A DNA stretch of 51,765 nt, the filler included, from Sphacelaria rigidula (lineage: Eukaryota), in the NCBI GenBank assembly GCA_964200075.2. It is 4 parts of 4 records of this genome, joined end to end, with 100 filler letters (N's around TTAATTAATTAA, not from the genome) between each part and the next. Parts side by side here need not be neighbours in the genome. Positions count along the whole stretch, not along the records: positions 1 to 12,867 come from CAXNAA020003348.1; 3 more parts are not named here. One strand, given 5' to 3'. The translations under genes were made by a program, and so were the position numbers. The notes beneath the pieces were generated by a model. It saw only the letters and a program-made list of their open reading frames with translations. It did no database searches and had not been told where the DNA came from. This document shows, in pieces, positions 1-11,248 of the stretch; within the stretch, counting starts at the first letter, position 1, and every line of letters starts with the position of its first letter.

Positions 1-95
1 GAGGAGTAGCAACGCTGCTCCAACGCAAAAGGGATGCGTGGTCAATGGTCAAACAACTAAGGCAAGCAACACATGAGAACGCCCCCCCCCCCTTT
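1..95 (+). mobile_element. 3' end of a non-LTR retrotransposon ORF (RSSNAAPTQKGCVVNGQTTKASNT*)
   Basis: Frame from base 2 ends at TGA 74-76, then a C-run. From memory it resembles the C-terminus of a common brown-algal LINE ORF, probably the family at 39640-41700. Not verified by search. Confidence 0.55.
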
Positions 96-653
96 TCAAC
101 ACGGTCAAGAATAGCTCTAAGGCATTTCCCCTGATATTAGCTTGTTCTGTGGAACACCCACAACCTTAAACGTAGGTAATGCACTTACAGACTAAGCGGG
201 GGGCGAGGCGATGCTGTACAACCCCCCGCCCCCCCCAGCCTCTCAATCGTTGGACGACTCTGACTTTCTATTTTCTATTCCTTTCCTGCTGGGCATTCGT
301 GAAATGAAACCAAGTTGAACACACGTTCGCACTGGCAAGCATGGACACGTACATGGACTCATACAATGGGTGGCACATCTACCACTGCCGGCAAAACCCT
401 CCCCACCCCCCTTTCATGCGGCCTAATATAAGCATTTTGCTTCTTAGTCCCCTTTCTCCCTCTTCTGTCTTTCTCTCTGAGTACAGCTAGTGTTTGTGTC
501 ACGCCCCTGAAAGAGCTGGCGGGCGAGCGTACGCGCTCACATGTTGCGGTCCACAAATAGCTCGTTCGCCACCTGACTTCGCGGCATTGTTTTTTTTGCA
601 CGACCTCGTTAACTCAAGCCCTGGCAGGGGCCTGGTGTATTTTCTTATTCATA

Positions 654-1035
654 ATCGGTCGTCTCGGTGGCTCAGTTGGTAACGTCGAATCGTTTTGACG
701 GTTGGGTTGTAGGTTCGAATCTCGGTGCAGTCACACAATCTGGGACTTTTTTTTTTTCTCGTACAATGCCCAACAGTGGAGAGCGACTTCGTCGTGGGTA
801 CATATTTTTTAGACTTCACGGTCGACGAGGGAAAGGGACTGCTGAACCCCTCTCGCGATGAAAAGTGAAGCAAGCACCGCAGAAGGAACGTGGGGTAGTG
901 AAACATGATGAAAAATAACTATTGTGTTGGCCTTCCTCCTGTGTGACACCTGCTGATGCACCCACATATACCGAAAGAGGTAGACTAGCGTCCAGCTGGG
1001 ATGACAACACACAACACACACGATAACACACAATC
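654..1035 (+). mobile_element. tRNA-derived SINE, copy 1
   Basis: A box TGGCTCAGTTGG 668-679, B box GGTTCGAATCT 712-722, body homologous to the copies at 18088 and 38184, CA-rich tail, and AATCGGT direct repeat at 653-659 and 1032-1038. Confidence 0.8.
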
Positions 1036-1276
1036 GGTAATATATCTCAATCCTTCGGGAACCCTCCCCTCCCGTCCCCGCTCCAGACGCCTCATCATTT
1101 CAAGCGCTGACAGAGTAGAAAAGTCGGGAAAAAAAATACCGATAACAACCATTTTCACGGCGGAAGGCCACACATGAATCCACCCACATACGTCATGCTC
1201 GCACCAAAAATGTCGCTCCGGTGCAGTCGGATTAGTTTCATCGAATGAAGGGACGCAACGGGTCAAGTACGTTCAC

Positions 1277-1311
1277 CTTTGTGTACAGAGCAAAGACCAG
1301 CACCGCGGCCT
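1277..1311 (-). CDS. Possible internal exon ((E)AAVLVFALYTK) of a minus-strand gene
   Basis: CAG acceptor, AAG|GTGAAC donor, open hydrophobic frame. No homology recognised. Confidence 0.25.
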
Positions 1312-2796
1312 CTGAATCTCATACAACAAAAATCAGCACCATGCGTATATTTTCTATATATTTAGTCCCGTGTGGCACTGCGGCACACATTTATATAGGT
1401 GACGCATCCCACCGGAGTATTGTTGTGCTCCAGGCCCGAGGTCGTACCCACCCAACACTTGGCAAGCGCGCTAAGCCACGTCACAGAAACAACGTAGTAC
1501 GGCCAGGCACACAGAAATCCACTCACCACACGTGAAAGGATTGAGGTGCGATACAGTATTTACGCGATTCACCGCAAGTTGGAAGCGGTCGCGGGTCTGA
1601 AAACACGCCTTTGGCAAAATAGTGGTCCTTGGAAGCTGCAAACAATCAACCACATGTTGTTGATTAAACAGCACCTCGAGTTCAGCACTTTTCCATTGCC
1701 AGTACCAAAAGGGTTAACCTGGACTTTTTTCCCGGGTTTCCTTTTTTCGTTCCTCCTCTATTCCTTGCCCTTTTTTCTCCCTTTCGCCCACATTTTTCGA
1801 GGTTCCTGTAGCGAGCATTGCCGTTTATTCAGCGTGAGTACATTTATCTTGTGATCGCGGTTGGATATGCCGCCTATCGAAACATGTGTGACAGAACACA
1901 TCGATCACTTTACACATTGGTAAAACGCCAACTTGAAAGCTCTCTAAACCAACGACTTTGCAGCAGCTACGGGACCTGACGCATCCTTAGACGAATATTC
2001 CTTTTTTACATCATTTCTGTTGGTTGTGGGGTGGTTATCAAGTCATCCACGTCTGGCATACGGAGTGGTTGACAGCTTCATTGGACTCGGAGCAAAGATG
2101 TGCATCGTTTTTTAGTTGTCGAGACTCGATCGCTACAACAACCAGAAAAATCGAACCGATGCGGTGGGTTAAAAAAACAGGCAGGCTATCATGCGGCTGA
2201 GTTTCAGAGTTATGTTCAAACCTCGTTCCACCCCGCAGAACGGAGGAAGGGTTTAGGAAACGGCCACTCGACCGAACGAGTTACTACTGCAGCTAATGTC
2301 GCTGCTCTATGCTGGTTGAATGGAGGCGACTTTACTCTTCATCTATACGATTATACTGTACATAGTGTGTCATGTTGTACAGTACAGCACCACTTTTTGT
2401 TGTTCTCCAATGCATGGTACCGCGTATGGGCACAAACGAGCTGACAGTGAACCCTGATCCTTAGGCTGTGTGTTACGGAGACCAAGAAGAAGAAGCGAGA
2501 AAAGAAACAAGCGTCCACGAGCAGCATGTTGATTGATCCCCCGGCGGGTTTATGGTTAGGAGAACTAACCAACGTGCTGCGTTTGGATGCCTGTCCCTTT
2601 TCCCGCTTCTTTTTTTGGTCTCGATAAGACACGGTCTGAAACTCTAACCGTATTGATAGTGAAACGCGGTGTAACCTTGGTGCAACCCTGGAGATGGGGC
2701 GTAGACGAAACTTCCACCTGCTGCACAGAATTACGCCAACGATACTGTACCATGTGACGCGTTTCGAAGTTGCTTGTCACGAGAAATAAAAAATAG

Positions 2797-2949
2797 CATA
2801 CCCTGGACAAAAGAATACACGGTCAAAAAATGTACTGCGTACAGTATGGAATCTATTGTCTATTGCTCCATTGTCTATTGCAATAGACAATAGATTCCAT
2901 ACTGTACGCAGTACATTTTTTGACCGTGTTTTCTATTGTCCAGGGTATG
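2797..2949. mobile_element. hAT-like foldback MITE (terminus CATACCCTGGACAA)
   Basis: Near-perfect palindrome with arms of about 70 bp. 8-bp flanks AAAAATAG/AAAAATAA match 7/8. Same family as 43770 and 35492. Confidence 0.85.
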
Positions 2950-3518
2950 AAAAATAACAGAAGGCCACGGAGCAGGTGATATACAGTACAGGAGTACAAG
3001 ACTCGTCAATACTGTGTCGCCTTCGATCAATTACCCGGCAGTACTGATTTCGAGAGAAAACGAGTACGAGTACGAGTATTGGGGCGCTGCGGCTTGGGGG
3101 GATATATGGCGTTTCGGGTCGTTCCGTCAAACTCCCATGTATGTTGCCATCCCACGACCAATGCGAGACGCGTTTGGCGATCGTAGAGCCCGGGTGCATA
3201 CATACTGCGGCCTTGATTTCTGCATCCTAGGGCTCGGGAACAAAGTTGAGCATGGAAGCCAAAAGCGTCAGCATGTACCGGAGCGCTGTGATTTTGAAGG
3301 CATTCCTCTTTAACATCTGGATTGACTGTGCTCACCTGAACTGACTGTTGTTTGTTACGAAGTACTGTACTTGTGACAGACAGTCCTCCAATGTTCAACA
3401 TCAATAGAGCAAACACTATGGGCCAAACACAGCAACATCAAACGACCAACGACTGCCTTGAGCACCCTGAAGCTAACACTCCACTACTACACCATGTTTA
3501 TCACAAAATGCATATTAC

Positions 3519-3728
3519 CTGAACAACGGCACTTGCATCCTCCTGCTCCCACCCTCTCACAGCACGAGTGCCCGAGACACCAACGCTAGATGCCGAAAGC
3601 CCGTAGCTCGCAGCTTTCACGGACACGCCCCCTCTTTTTCTTCGAGAATAGCCATATTCTTGACCATCGCTTTCATCATAGGGCAACGAAACAGAGGCAA
3701 AGGGTAGATCGCCATGACCCGCCATAGC
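3519..3728 (-). CDS. Putative exon of unknown minus-strand gene (AMAGHGDLPF...ASAVVQ)
   Basis: 70 open codons ending at a CAG|GTAATA donor; in phase with the upstream exon 3768-3821. Confidence 0.4.
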
Positions 3729-3767
3729 CTCCCCAAGTCCAGAGATGGTCAGTACTCAAGCTCTTAC

Positions 3768-3821
3768 CTTGTGCCGCGGCGAGGTGAAGGTGCCTTGCTT
3801 CCAACGTTCTGCGCTTGACAT
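3768..3821 (-). CDS. Putative first exon (MSSAERWKQGTFTSPRHK)
   Basis: ATG at 3821, strong AAG|GTAAGA donor, divergent from the gene starting at 4464. Confidence 0.4.
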
Positions 3822-4463
3822 GTTGTCATTATTTAGAAAAATATTTTTCCCTTTTGGTTATTTTCCTTGACACAATCTTCATGCTATTTATTTCGGGAAC
3901 TTGGGGAATATGGGAGTAAGCCTCACACATTCCATGATATTAATGCACATATATACCCAAAAAAAATGTTTATACATATAAATTTGCATATCTCTACGAA
4001 GGTGGAGTGTTTTCGTCGTCTCAAGGTCGAACGAATGGAGTTGTTCTCATATGACCACGGGTCTGAACGTGGGACATTATCCCCAACGCGTATCCTTCTG
4101 TGTTCTTGAGCTGTCAACATCGGCAGCTGTCAGCAATATACAAAGCCTTACTCCACGCCGACTGGGGCAGAAATACCCGTAACACAATCTTGCCCCCGCT
4201 CCGGTTTTCCCATAGCCTCCAAGAACTCTATTGTGTCAGTGCAGTGTAAAGCGCGGCAGTGAACTCTCGAGATACTTTGCAGCGTGACGCAGCAGGGGCG
4301 GTACTACTGACTCCTGCCTACAACTTTCAGTTCCCACACAGAGATCCTTCAGAGAATCGGCTCATAAATTACCCAGTTCCCACCGCCGGACTGGGGTGTA
4401 GGCTGTTGCTTGTGGGAGTCGGGGGAGGGGGTGGGACTTTGGCAATAGATCAGGAGTGTGGGG

Positions 4464-4543
4464 ATGAAGAAGTCCACGCGGCATGCCGTCACTTTGTTGC
4501 TACTGCAGGCGCAGGCGGCGGCGTTTTATGGATCGGCACCCGG
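4464..4543 (+). CDS. Exon 1 of putative plastid-targeted protein: signal peptide MKKSTRHAVTLLLLQAQAAAF-YGSAP
   Basis: Basic N-terminus, hydrophobic core, AAA-F cleavage motif (stramenopile ASAFAP type). Canonical GG|GTGAGT phase-2 donor matches the phase of exon 7663. Confidence 0.65.
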
Positions 4544-5959
4544 GTGAGTTTTCTGTATCTCAACTGTTTTCTCAAGTGCGTCGGGAACGGCTGTTGCGCT
4601 ACTTCCTTCACGGAGTATGTTCCTCTATGTCGGCGCAACAGTTGGTGTGCACAGATACTGGAAGGATGTGTCTTGAACTGCAATGTTCGTGCTTGGGTCT
4701 TATTGGAACGATGTCTCGCGTGGGACTATTATGTGTCCAGGGGGGCATCTTTCAGAGACAAGCCATACGAGGAATCAGCAAAGTGCGTTCAGAATGCGTC
4801 GTGGTACATGATACGCGCAGTCACTGTACGAACACAGGTAAACACCTTGTGTGCAAGTGGTCAGAAGGTTCCGGCGAACGGGCACAGCAAATGAGCCAAG
4901 CTACTTGCGTCAAACCTGTGACCCTGTTATGTACATGATGCGGCAGCGTGCGGCTTGCGGATTACTGGCACTCTGAGAGTCCAGTGGACGAAGTCGCACA
5001 CGCTGTCACCCAAGTACCACAGGCTACCTGCGAAAACGCCCGCAGAGCGCGGGCCGGATGCACATGTTTTCATGTAATGTGTGATGACGTCAACGGTCGG
5101 GGTACGGGCGTCCGGTGTGCACAATCGAGCCATCCCCACAGGAGTCAGTCTCCGGCACTCCTGCACTGTATCATTGAAGGAGTTGAAAATTTGTTAAGCC
5201 CACCGCTCGACAACTGTCACTGTACCCTTGTTTGCCGAAATATGGTAGTCAATCACCTGTTTGGTTCCTAAATTTAAATTTGAGGGTACAACGATACAGC
5301 GCAGTACGCACTATACAACGGTTCAGTACACTGAACCACTGCACACTTCAAGGACTATTAGGCTGTGTCTTGTCAATTTGTTTTCGACTCGAAAACGTAC
5401 GGTGGAAATAAATTTGCTCGTACCTGATACGTCCACGGCATTCATGTTCTCAATCATGTGAGAAAATTAGCAGCGTGGACGAATCAAGAACGAGCGAATT
5501 CGATTCGACCGCACGTTTTCGACCCGAAAACAATTTGATGAGACACAGTCTGACATGGCCTTAGAGTACTCGCAACTTGCAGAAACCCCGCAAAGATTGC
5601 AGTTGAGGTGACAGTTGGAGATCTAAACGGGCGCATCTCTTGCCAGGCGAGGGGGATTTCGCAATGCCATCCTATATCTTAACCGCTTGCGCCGTTATGC
5701 AACTAAACACATCAAATTACTTCCTACCTTCCCGTCATGATGGATCGAATTTGGGCTCTAGCCCATCGACTTTGCTAACCTGGAAGATGGCGATGTTGTA
5801 GGCAAGGAAAGCCGCAGCAGGACAGTCAATTGGACGCTTGATAGGTTTCGATTTTCCTTTTGTACTGACGGGTAGGGTCGCAGCGACTTACGCCCATTAC
5901 TATAGATACTGCTTTCTCGGAGACCTCACAATTTTTCAGGCTTTTCGGACTTCCGGCCA

Positions 5960-6135
5960 CTTTATATTCGAAGAAAAAATCTTGTCAAGAATGCATTTTT
6001 CGCCCTTCCTCGTCATTTTTCGCCCGCTAAGAGGTCTAGGCGGACGTTGGTACATTGAAATGACTCGCTCTACTTGTTGGACCATTCCAGAGCACCTTTG
6101 CGTTTCCCGTAGGTCTCAGTTTTATTTTTAGCCCA
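5960..6135. mobile_element. Divergent relative of the left arm of the 9032-9508 MITE
   Basis: ctaggcggacgttgg...aatgactcgctctac...ttccagagcacc...cagtttt aligns with 9117-9204. Confidence 0.5.
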
Positions 6136-7662
6136 ACTTGCATTGTCAACAACAAACGGTCCAGTTATTAAAAAAAAAAACTGGCTGTTTTTTTCGTATT
6201 TTTTTGTAACTCGACCGTCTTTTTATAAAAGAGGCGTTTGGCTGTTCGCCGAATGTTTTGCTTGAAGGGGAACATGAAGAAGTGGCGCAATGATGCCTAA
6301 AGTGGTGCGCGCCTGTCACAGTGCAGGCCTAAGGCACAAGCACACATCAATTTCCGATCTCGCTATCCCACGATAGATGATGCACAAAGCGAGCTGCAGC
6401 TCTTGATCGATTGAGTGCGGCGTTGTTGGCTGGGGTCAAAATCGGTTCAAAATTGAATGAGACGTGATGCTTTATGTCAGACGAGGCGCCGTGCTACGCG
6501 CCCGTGAAGAATAAACGGTTGCGTCGTGAGAAATCTTTTTGGTAGGCACACGGCTGCGCGCCTATACCGATACCGAACGGGTTGGCGTGAAACAAAACTG
6601 CGATGTGCAGCAGATGAGCAAGAGCTAGCGCTAGGTGCGACGTGCTTATGCTGCAGGGGGGGAGGTGCGCATGTTTGTTTGGGCTTGAGTGATACCGCGA
6701 TGGCCCCCCCCGCCCCAGAAATAGCTGGTTTGAGGCGGCAAAATCTTCGTGTGAACCAAAATGACAAGAAACCGAGTACACCAAGCAGGTGGGACCTCCC
6801 ACGCTTGGGAGCGCTTTCGACAATTTCGTCCGTATGATGCGTTTTGTGCAGTCTGAAAACAGCCATGATGTGCTGTATGGCGACTCTCTTCGTGACAGTT
6901 CTGGAGATGGTTTGGGGAGGGGCTATCGCGGCATTTTGTTCGCTCGTTTGTGTAGGCGTGACATGTTCCAGTAACGGTTCTTGTGGCGCCTCTTGAATTA
7001 ACGCCTATTTTGGACTTCATCCAGGGCCGAAAGAAACACTCTTCCAGCAAAATGCGCGCGTGGTTTTTTCGTAAAAAATCTAAACTTTGTCGTTATGGAC
7101 AAGGAAAGTTTGTCATTTGTCACGCAGGCTTTTTTGTTGTTATATTTCTTGTGCGGCGCAGACACGGCCTGAACCCGTCAACCGCGACGCTTTTGGCTTT
7201 TTGCCGCAGGAGAAATCGTATACAAAACTCAAAACACTCCTCTCTCTTTATTTTTCTCTCTCACTCTCTCTCTTCTATCTTTCCTTGTGTTTCACTCGGC
7301 TGTGTTGGCTATCTCCTTGATTGCCTATCTTGATTTTTTTCCAAGTTCCCTCACGTGAGTGTTCGGTTTATCAGCATTGGGTACGTCTATCTAGTTGGGA
7401 CCACGACCGAATTCCCAGCGGATCCGCAGATGTGCGATAATCAAGTAGTCAATTTGCCGCCTACAACGGGGACCCCAAGGTCCCTTGACACCCTGAGAAT
7501 ATCGTAGTGACACGTCAGACGTGTTCAAAATTCATTTGTGCATTACAGGCTTGTGTTTGCATTCTAAGTTCGAATTCGTTCGCCCTGCTCCCTCCCCTTG
7601 CCCGCTCTCCCCCGCGCGCACGCCTCCTCATCCGGTGCATCCGGTGTGTGCTCGCGTCTCAG

Positions 7663-8057
7663 CCAAAGGCGACCGCGGGTACCGACGCCAATACCAACCA
7701 CAAGCGCATTACTGCGCGGTCAATCAAAAGGGAGATGTGTTATAGACCGCATACACTCCCATGGCAGCAACAAGAGCAGTAATAGACGGAGAAGGAGTAG
7801 GTCATCATCCACGACAGCGTTACAGGGATGGTTCGACAATTTCGGAAGCAGTGGCAGCGGCGGCGGCAACGATAAAGACAGGGGCGGGGGGAAGTCGAAC
7901 GGTGCTAAAAAGTATTCCGGTAGTGGCAGCAGTAATCGTGGGGGAGGACAAGGAGGGAGCAAAAATCGCCCAAATCCTCCAGGGAAACCAAAAAGCATGT
8001 TCGGAACAGTCGGCAGCGGTGTCGGCGGAGGGAGCGGTAGCAAAAAATCTAAAACAG
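7663..8057 (+). CDS. Exon 2 of putative plastid-targeted protein (transit-peptide-like region then Gly/Ser/Lys-rich segment)
   Basis: TCTCAG acceptor, Arg/Ser-rich stretch ending STTALQ-GWFDNF (typical transit/mature junction), ACAG|GTGAAC phase-1 donor. Confidence 0.65.
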
Positions 8058-8285
8058 GTGAACCCCCCTCCATGTGCTCGAGATGTATATAGTATCAGTA
8101 GGTTGTGTCAAGTTATCGTGTTGACTTGCACGGTCGTTCAACTTTTGCTGAGGTCTCAGTATCCGCTACAACTTGCCCCGAAATGGACTACTTCATTGAG
8201 CCTTCCCGGAAGCACGGCTGTGTACTTGCTGCCCGTCTAATGAACACACGTGTTGACAGAGCCCGTGAATGGTGACGACACACAG

Positions 8286-8332
8286 CAATTGAGAAAAGGA
8301 CGAGGATGTCAGATTTGGAATCACAGCTACAG
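8286..8332 (+). CDS. Probable exon 3 (AIEKRTRMSDLESQLQ)
   Basis: CACAG acceptor in phase 1, CAG|GTAGCT donor, coiled-coil-like peptide. An alternative acceptor exists at 8260. Later exons were not resolved. Confidence 0.45.
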
Positions 8333-9031
8333 GTAGCTTTTCCCTGCATTCAAAATATGCTTTCTACAGCTTTTTTTTTTTTTTCCGTGGAGGATTTGCT
8401 CCCTACAGCCCTTGCGAGGTCAGAAACTCTTGAACGAAAATCTCGACACAATTCCACACGGAAAGACAACAGTTGATGGGTAAGACATCAGTTTGGCATT
8501 TGGTGAAGATCGAATAAAAAACCACGTGGTGCTTCTTCCGCGCGCCGCGCGCGCCGCCGTCAAAGTTTCATGGATTCGCCCCGGGTTATGAATCAAACGG
8601 TCTTTCGTTGGGTTCTTGGCTTCAAAAAAGAGCAGATGTACCCCAAAGATAGACACACGTTCAACGTCTTATCTCCTCACACGAGGTAAACTCTCCGTTG
8701 ACTTCACCAACCCCTCCCCCGTAACCCTAACCCTCAACCCTAACGAGATCGTCATGTGAACCTTGTTTCTTGTTTCCTCTCAAGACTATCGTACCCACCC
8801 CTTATCCTACAGTCGGTGGTAGGGGGGATTTACAGTTGTTTCCAGTCTACCTGTACTCAGATGTACTTCAGCCCTTCTCTCACACATGCGCACCTGACAT
8901 TTTTCTTGATCGCTTGGCTGTGGTCCGCAGGATAGAGCAGGCGATGATACACCCGGGCCTTGTTCCATGTGATGTCGAACAGTGGCAGTAAATGAGTAGA
9001 TTTTGCCGGTGCCCATCACGACCCAAGATTA

Positions 9032-9508
9032 GGCCGCTCCTTATGATAGACAACAAAAAAAAGCTGAAAAAGTGCTTTTTTCGAGCTTTTACATCGTTTT
9101 ACGCCCCGAAAGACATCTAGGCGGAGTTTGACACCTTGGAATGACTTGTTCTAATAGTTGAGGCGGTTCCAGGACACCTTCTCGTTTTCCGGTGGCCGCA
9201 GTTTTATTTCGGTCAAACAAGATTTTTTGTCCAAGAACGGTGAAAAAACAGTAAGATCTAGAAAAATTGCCTTTTTCTCTAGACATGACTGTTTTTTACC
9301 GTTCTTGGACGAAAATTCTTGTTTGGCTAAACTTGAAAACTGCGGCCACCGGAAAACGAGAAGATGTCCTGGAACCCCCTCAAGTAGTAAAGCAAGTCAT
9401 TCCAAGGTATCAAACTCCGCCTAGCTGTCTTTTGAGGCGTAAACGACGTGAAAGCTCCAAAAAGGCACTTTTCCAGATTTTTATTCTTGTCCATTGTAAG
9501 GAGCGGCC
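9032..9508. mobile_element. PIF/Harbinger (Tourist-like) foldback MITE
   Basis: TIR GGCCGCTCCTTA / TAAGGAGCGGCC, imperfect arms of about 175 bp, TTA on both sides (9029-9031, 9509-9511). Confidence 0.85.
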
Positions 9509-10232
9509 TTATTAGGGGGTAAAAAGTGCTCACAAGTTTTCAGCAGCACATCGCAATTCTGAGCTTGTAGAACCTTGGTTCAAATAGCAAAATTTCGTGT
9601 TGTGGCGATTAGTCTTTACTACTGTACGTCGATGATATTGATCGATTGGCTGGTTGATTCAACTGTCGCGTGGAAAAGGGTCTGCCACGAAACCAGCGGT
9701 GGTCATTAGATACAAGATGCACCTACGGATCGAGGCGGATGGACGACAAAACTCGCTACTGCAGGAAATCTCTAGAAACGGAGGGAAAATTGAAAACGAA
9801 GAAGTATACGTGAAGCGAACTGACAACCGACTTCGGACCACACAGGGCTACCTTTTCCGGAATCCCATACTTTGGCTACATTATGACGACACCTCTCTTG
9901 GAGTGGATTGTGATAAGGCCAGACAGTCCATCAGTCAACCCAGTCATTATCCAGAGGTCGGATTCTGGTCTCCGAGAGTATACACATACATATTGTACTT
10001 CATTTTCACGCCAAACATGTACCAAAATTCTTTGCCGATCTGGGCTATACTTTGCTTCTGCATAACTATCATGGTTACTCTTGTCAAACAAGCAAGAGTC
10101 AAAAGGATATTACTCACTACGTGAGGCTCTGTCGTTCACGGAGTACAAGGCGTTGGCCATGGGGTCCGCGAGACTGTGAAGGACCGACAAGCGTCGGCCG
10201 TAGCCTGCCAAGAGATGAGGAGAGGTATCAAC

Positions 10233-10375
10233 CAGGGTTGCACAGCGGATATCGATAATCGATACGATTTCGATAAATATCGGCGATATGCCATATCGAT
10301 ATCGGAGCGTGAAAAACCGATGTATGTGATATATATCAATATCGAATATTAATATTGAATATCGATACGCTCGAT
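10233..10375. mobile_element. ATCGAT-rich MITE fragment beginning CAGGGTTGCA; related opposite end at 12690-12834 (TGCAACTCTG)
   Basis: Dense TATCGATA subterminal motifs and hAT-like termini. No TSD found. Confidence 0.45.
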
Positions 10376-11248
10376 GTTTTTGTTTATTTTTCGTCACATT
10401 AACTCAATTTCTCGAAACCGTCGTCACAGTAAACGCAGGGGGTGTGGAATTTCTCGAACGGCAGACCCCCAGTTGAAATGCAACCCTGCCCCCCCCCCCT
10501 CCCCCCCATCCCTCACTCCACAATGTCCCCTTCACACACCACAAACCGCTAATGCCTCGTGGGTTTAAGGTTTAGTGATATGATTCAGCGGGGGTGTTTA
10601 CCAACGGCAACATACGGGTGGCGTGGCGGAGTAGATATGAGGTCACGATCAATGCAGAGTTGCAGATAACAGTAGAAAACAACTGTCCTTCGGAGTGTGA
10701 AGAGATGGTACTGTCGCTTCGCCTTTCCTTCATGTTTGACGAGTGTTGGATTTATTTTCCCCTCCGTCCATTAGTCTGGACATTCTAATTGTTTCAAGCT
10801 TAGTGTTATTTCTTCTAGGTTGGTGACATACATATATATATATATATATTTGGCTGACATAAAAATATATATTTTTTGGCATCCAAGAATGAAAACTTGA
10901 CGCATGCTGCCGAAGTTTCCTGTCATTGGTAGTGAAGAACGTTGAAAAAAAAGAGCTCGCATCGAAGTTTGTGCATGTTCGAGGTTTTGACACCTCTTCC
11001 TTTTCTGATGAATGTGCTGAGTCGAGGTATGCGCTCATTCGATGGAAACACACGGAATGTGACCGTAGACATGAAAACAGTATCATCAATACCACACGCG
11101 GCCCGCTGTGATCAACTACCTCTTGCACGACGAAACATATCCGCCAGACAGCTGTATCACCGCATGTCACCGCTGCTATGATGTGAATTTGCACACTACC
11201 CTACACTACCCGCTGCTGTACATCATGTGTGCACTACTGTCCACTGGA

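Noticed and set aside
660-735. Functional tRNA gene
   Set aside because: No proper acceptor or anticodon stems, and it continues into a shared SINE body in three copies.
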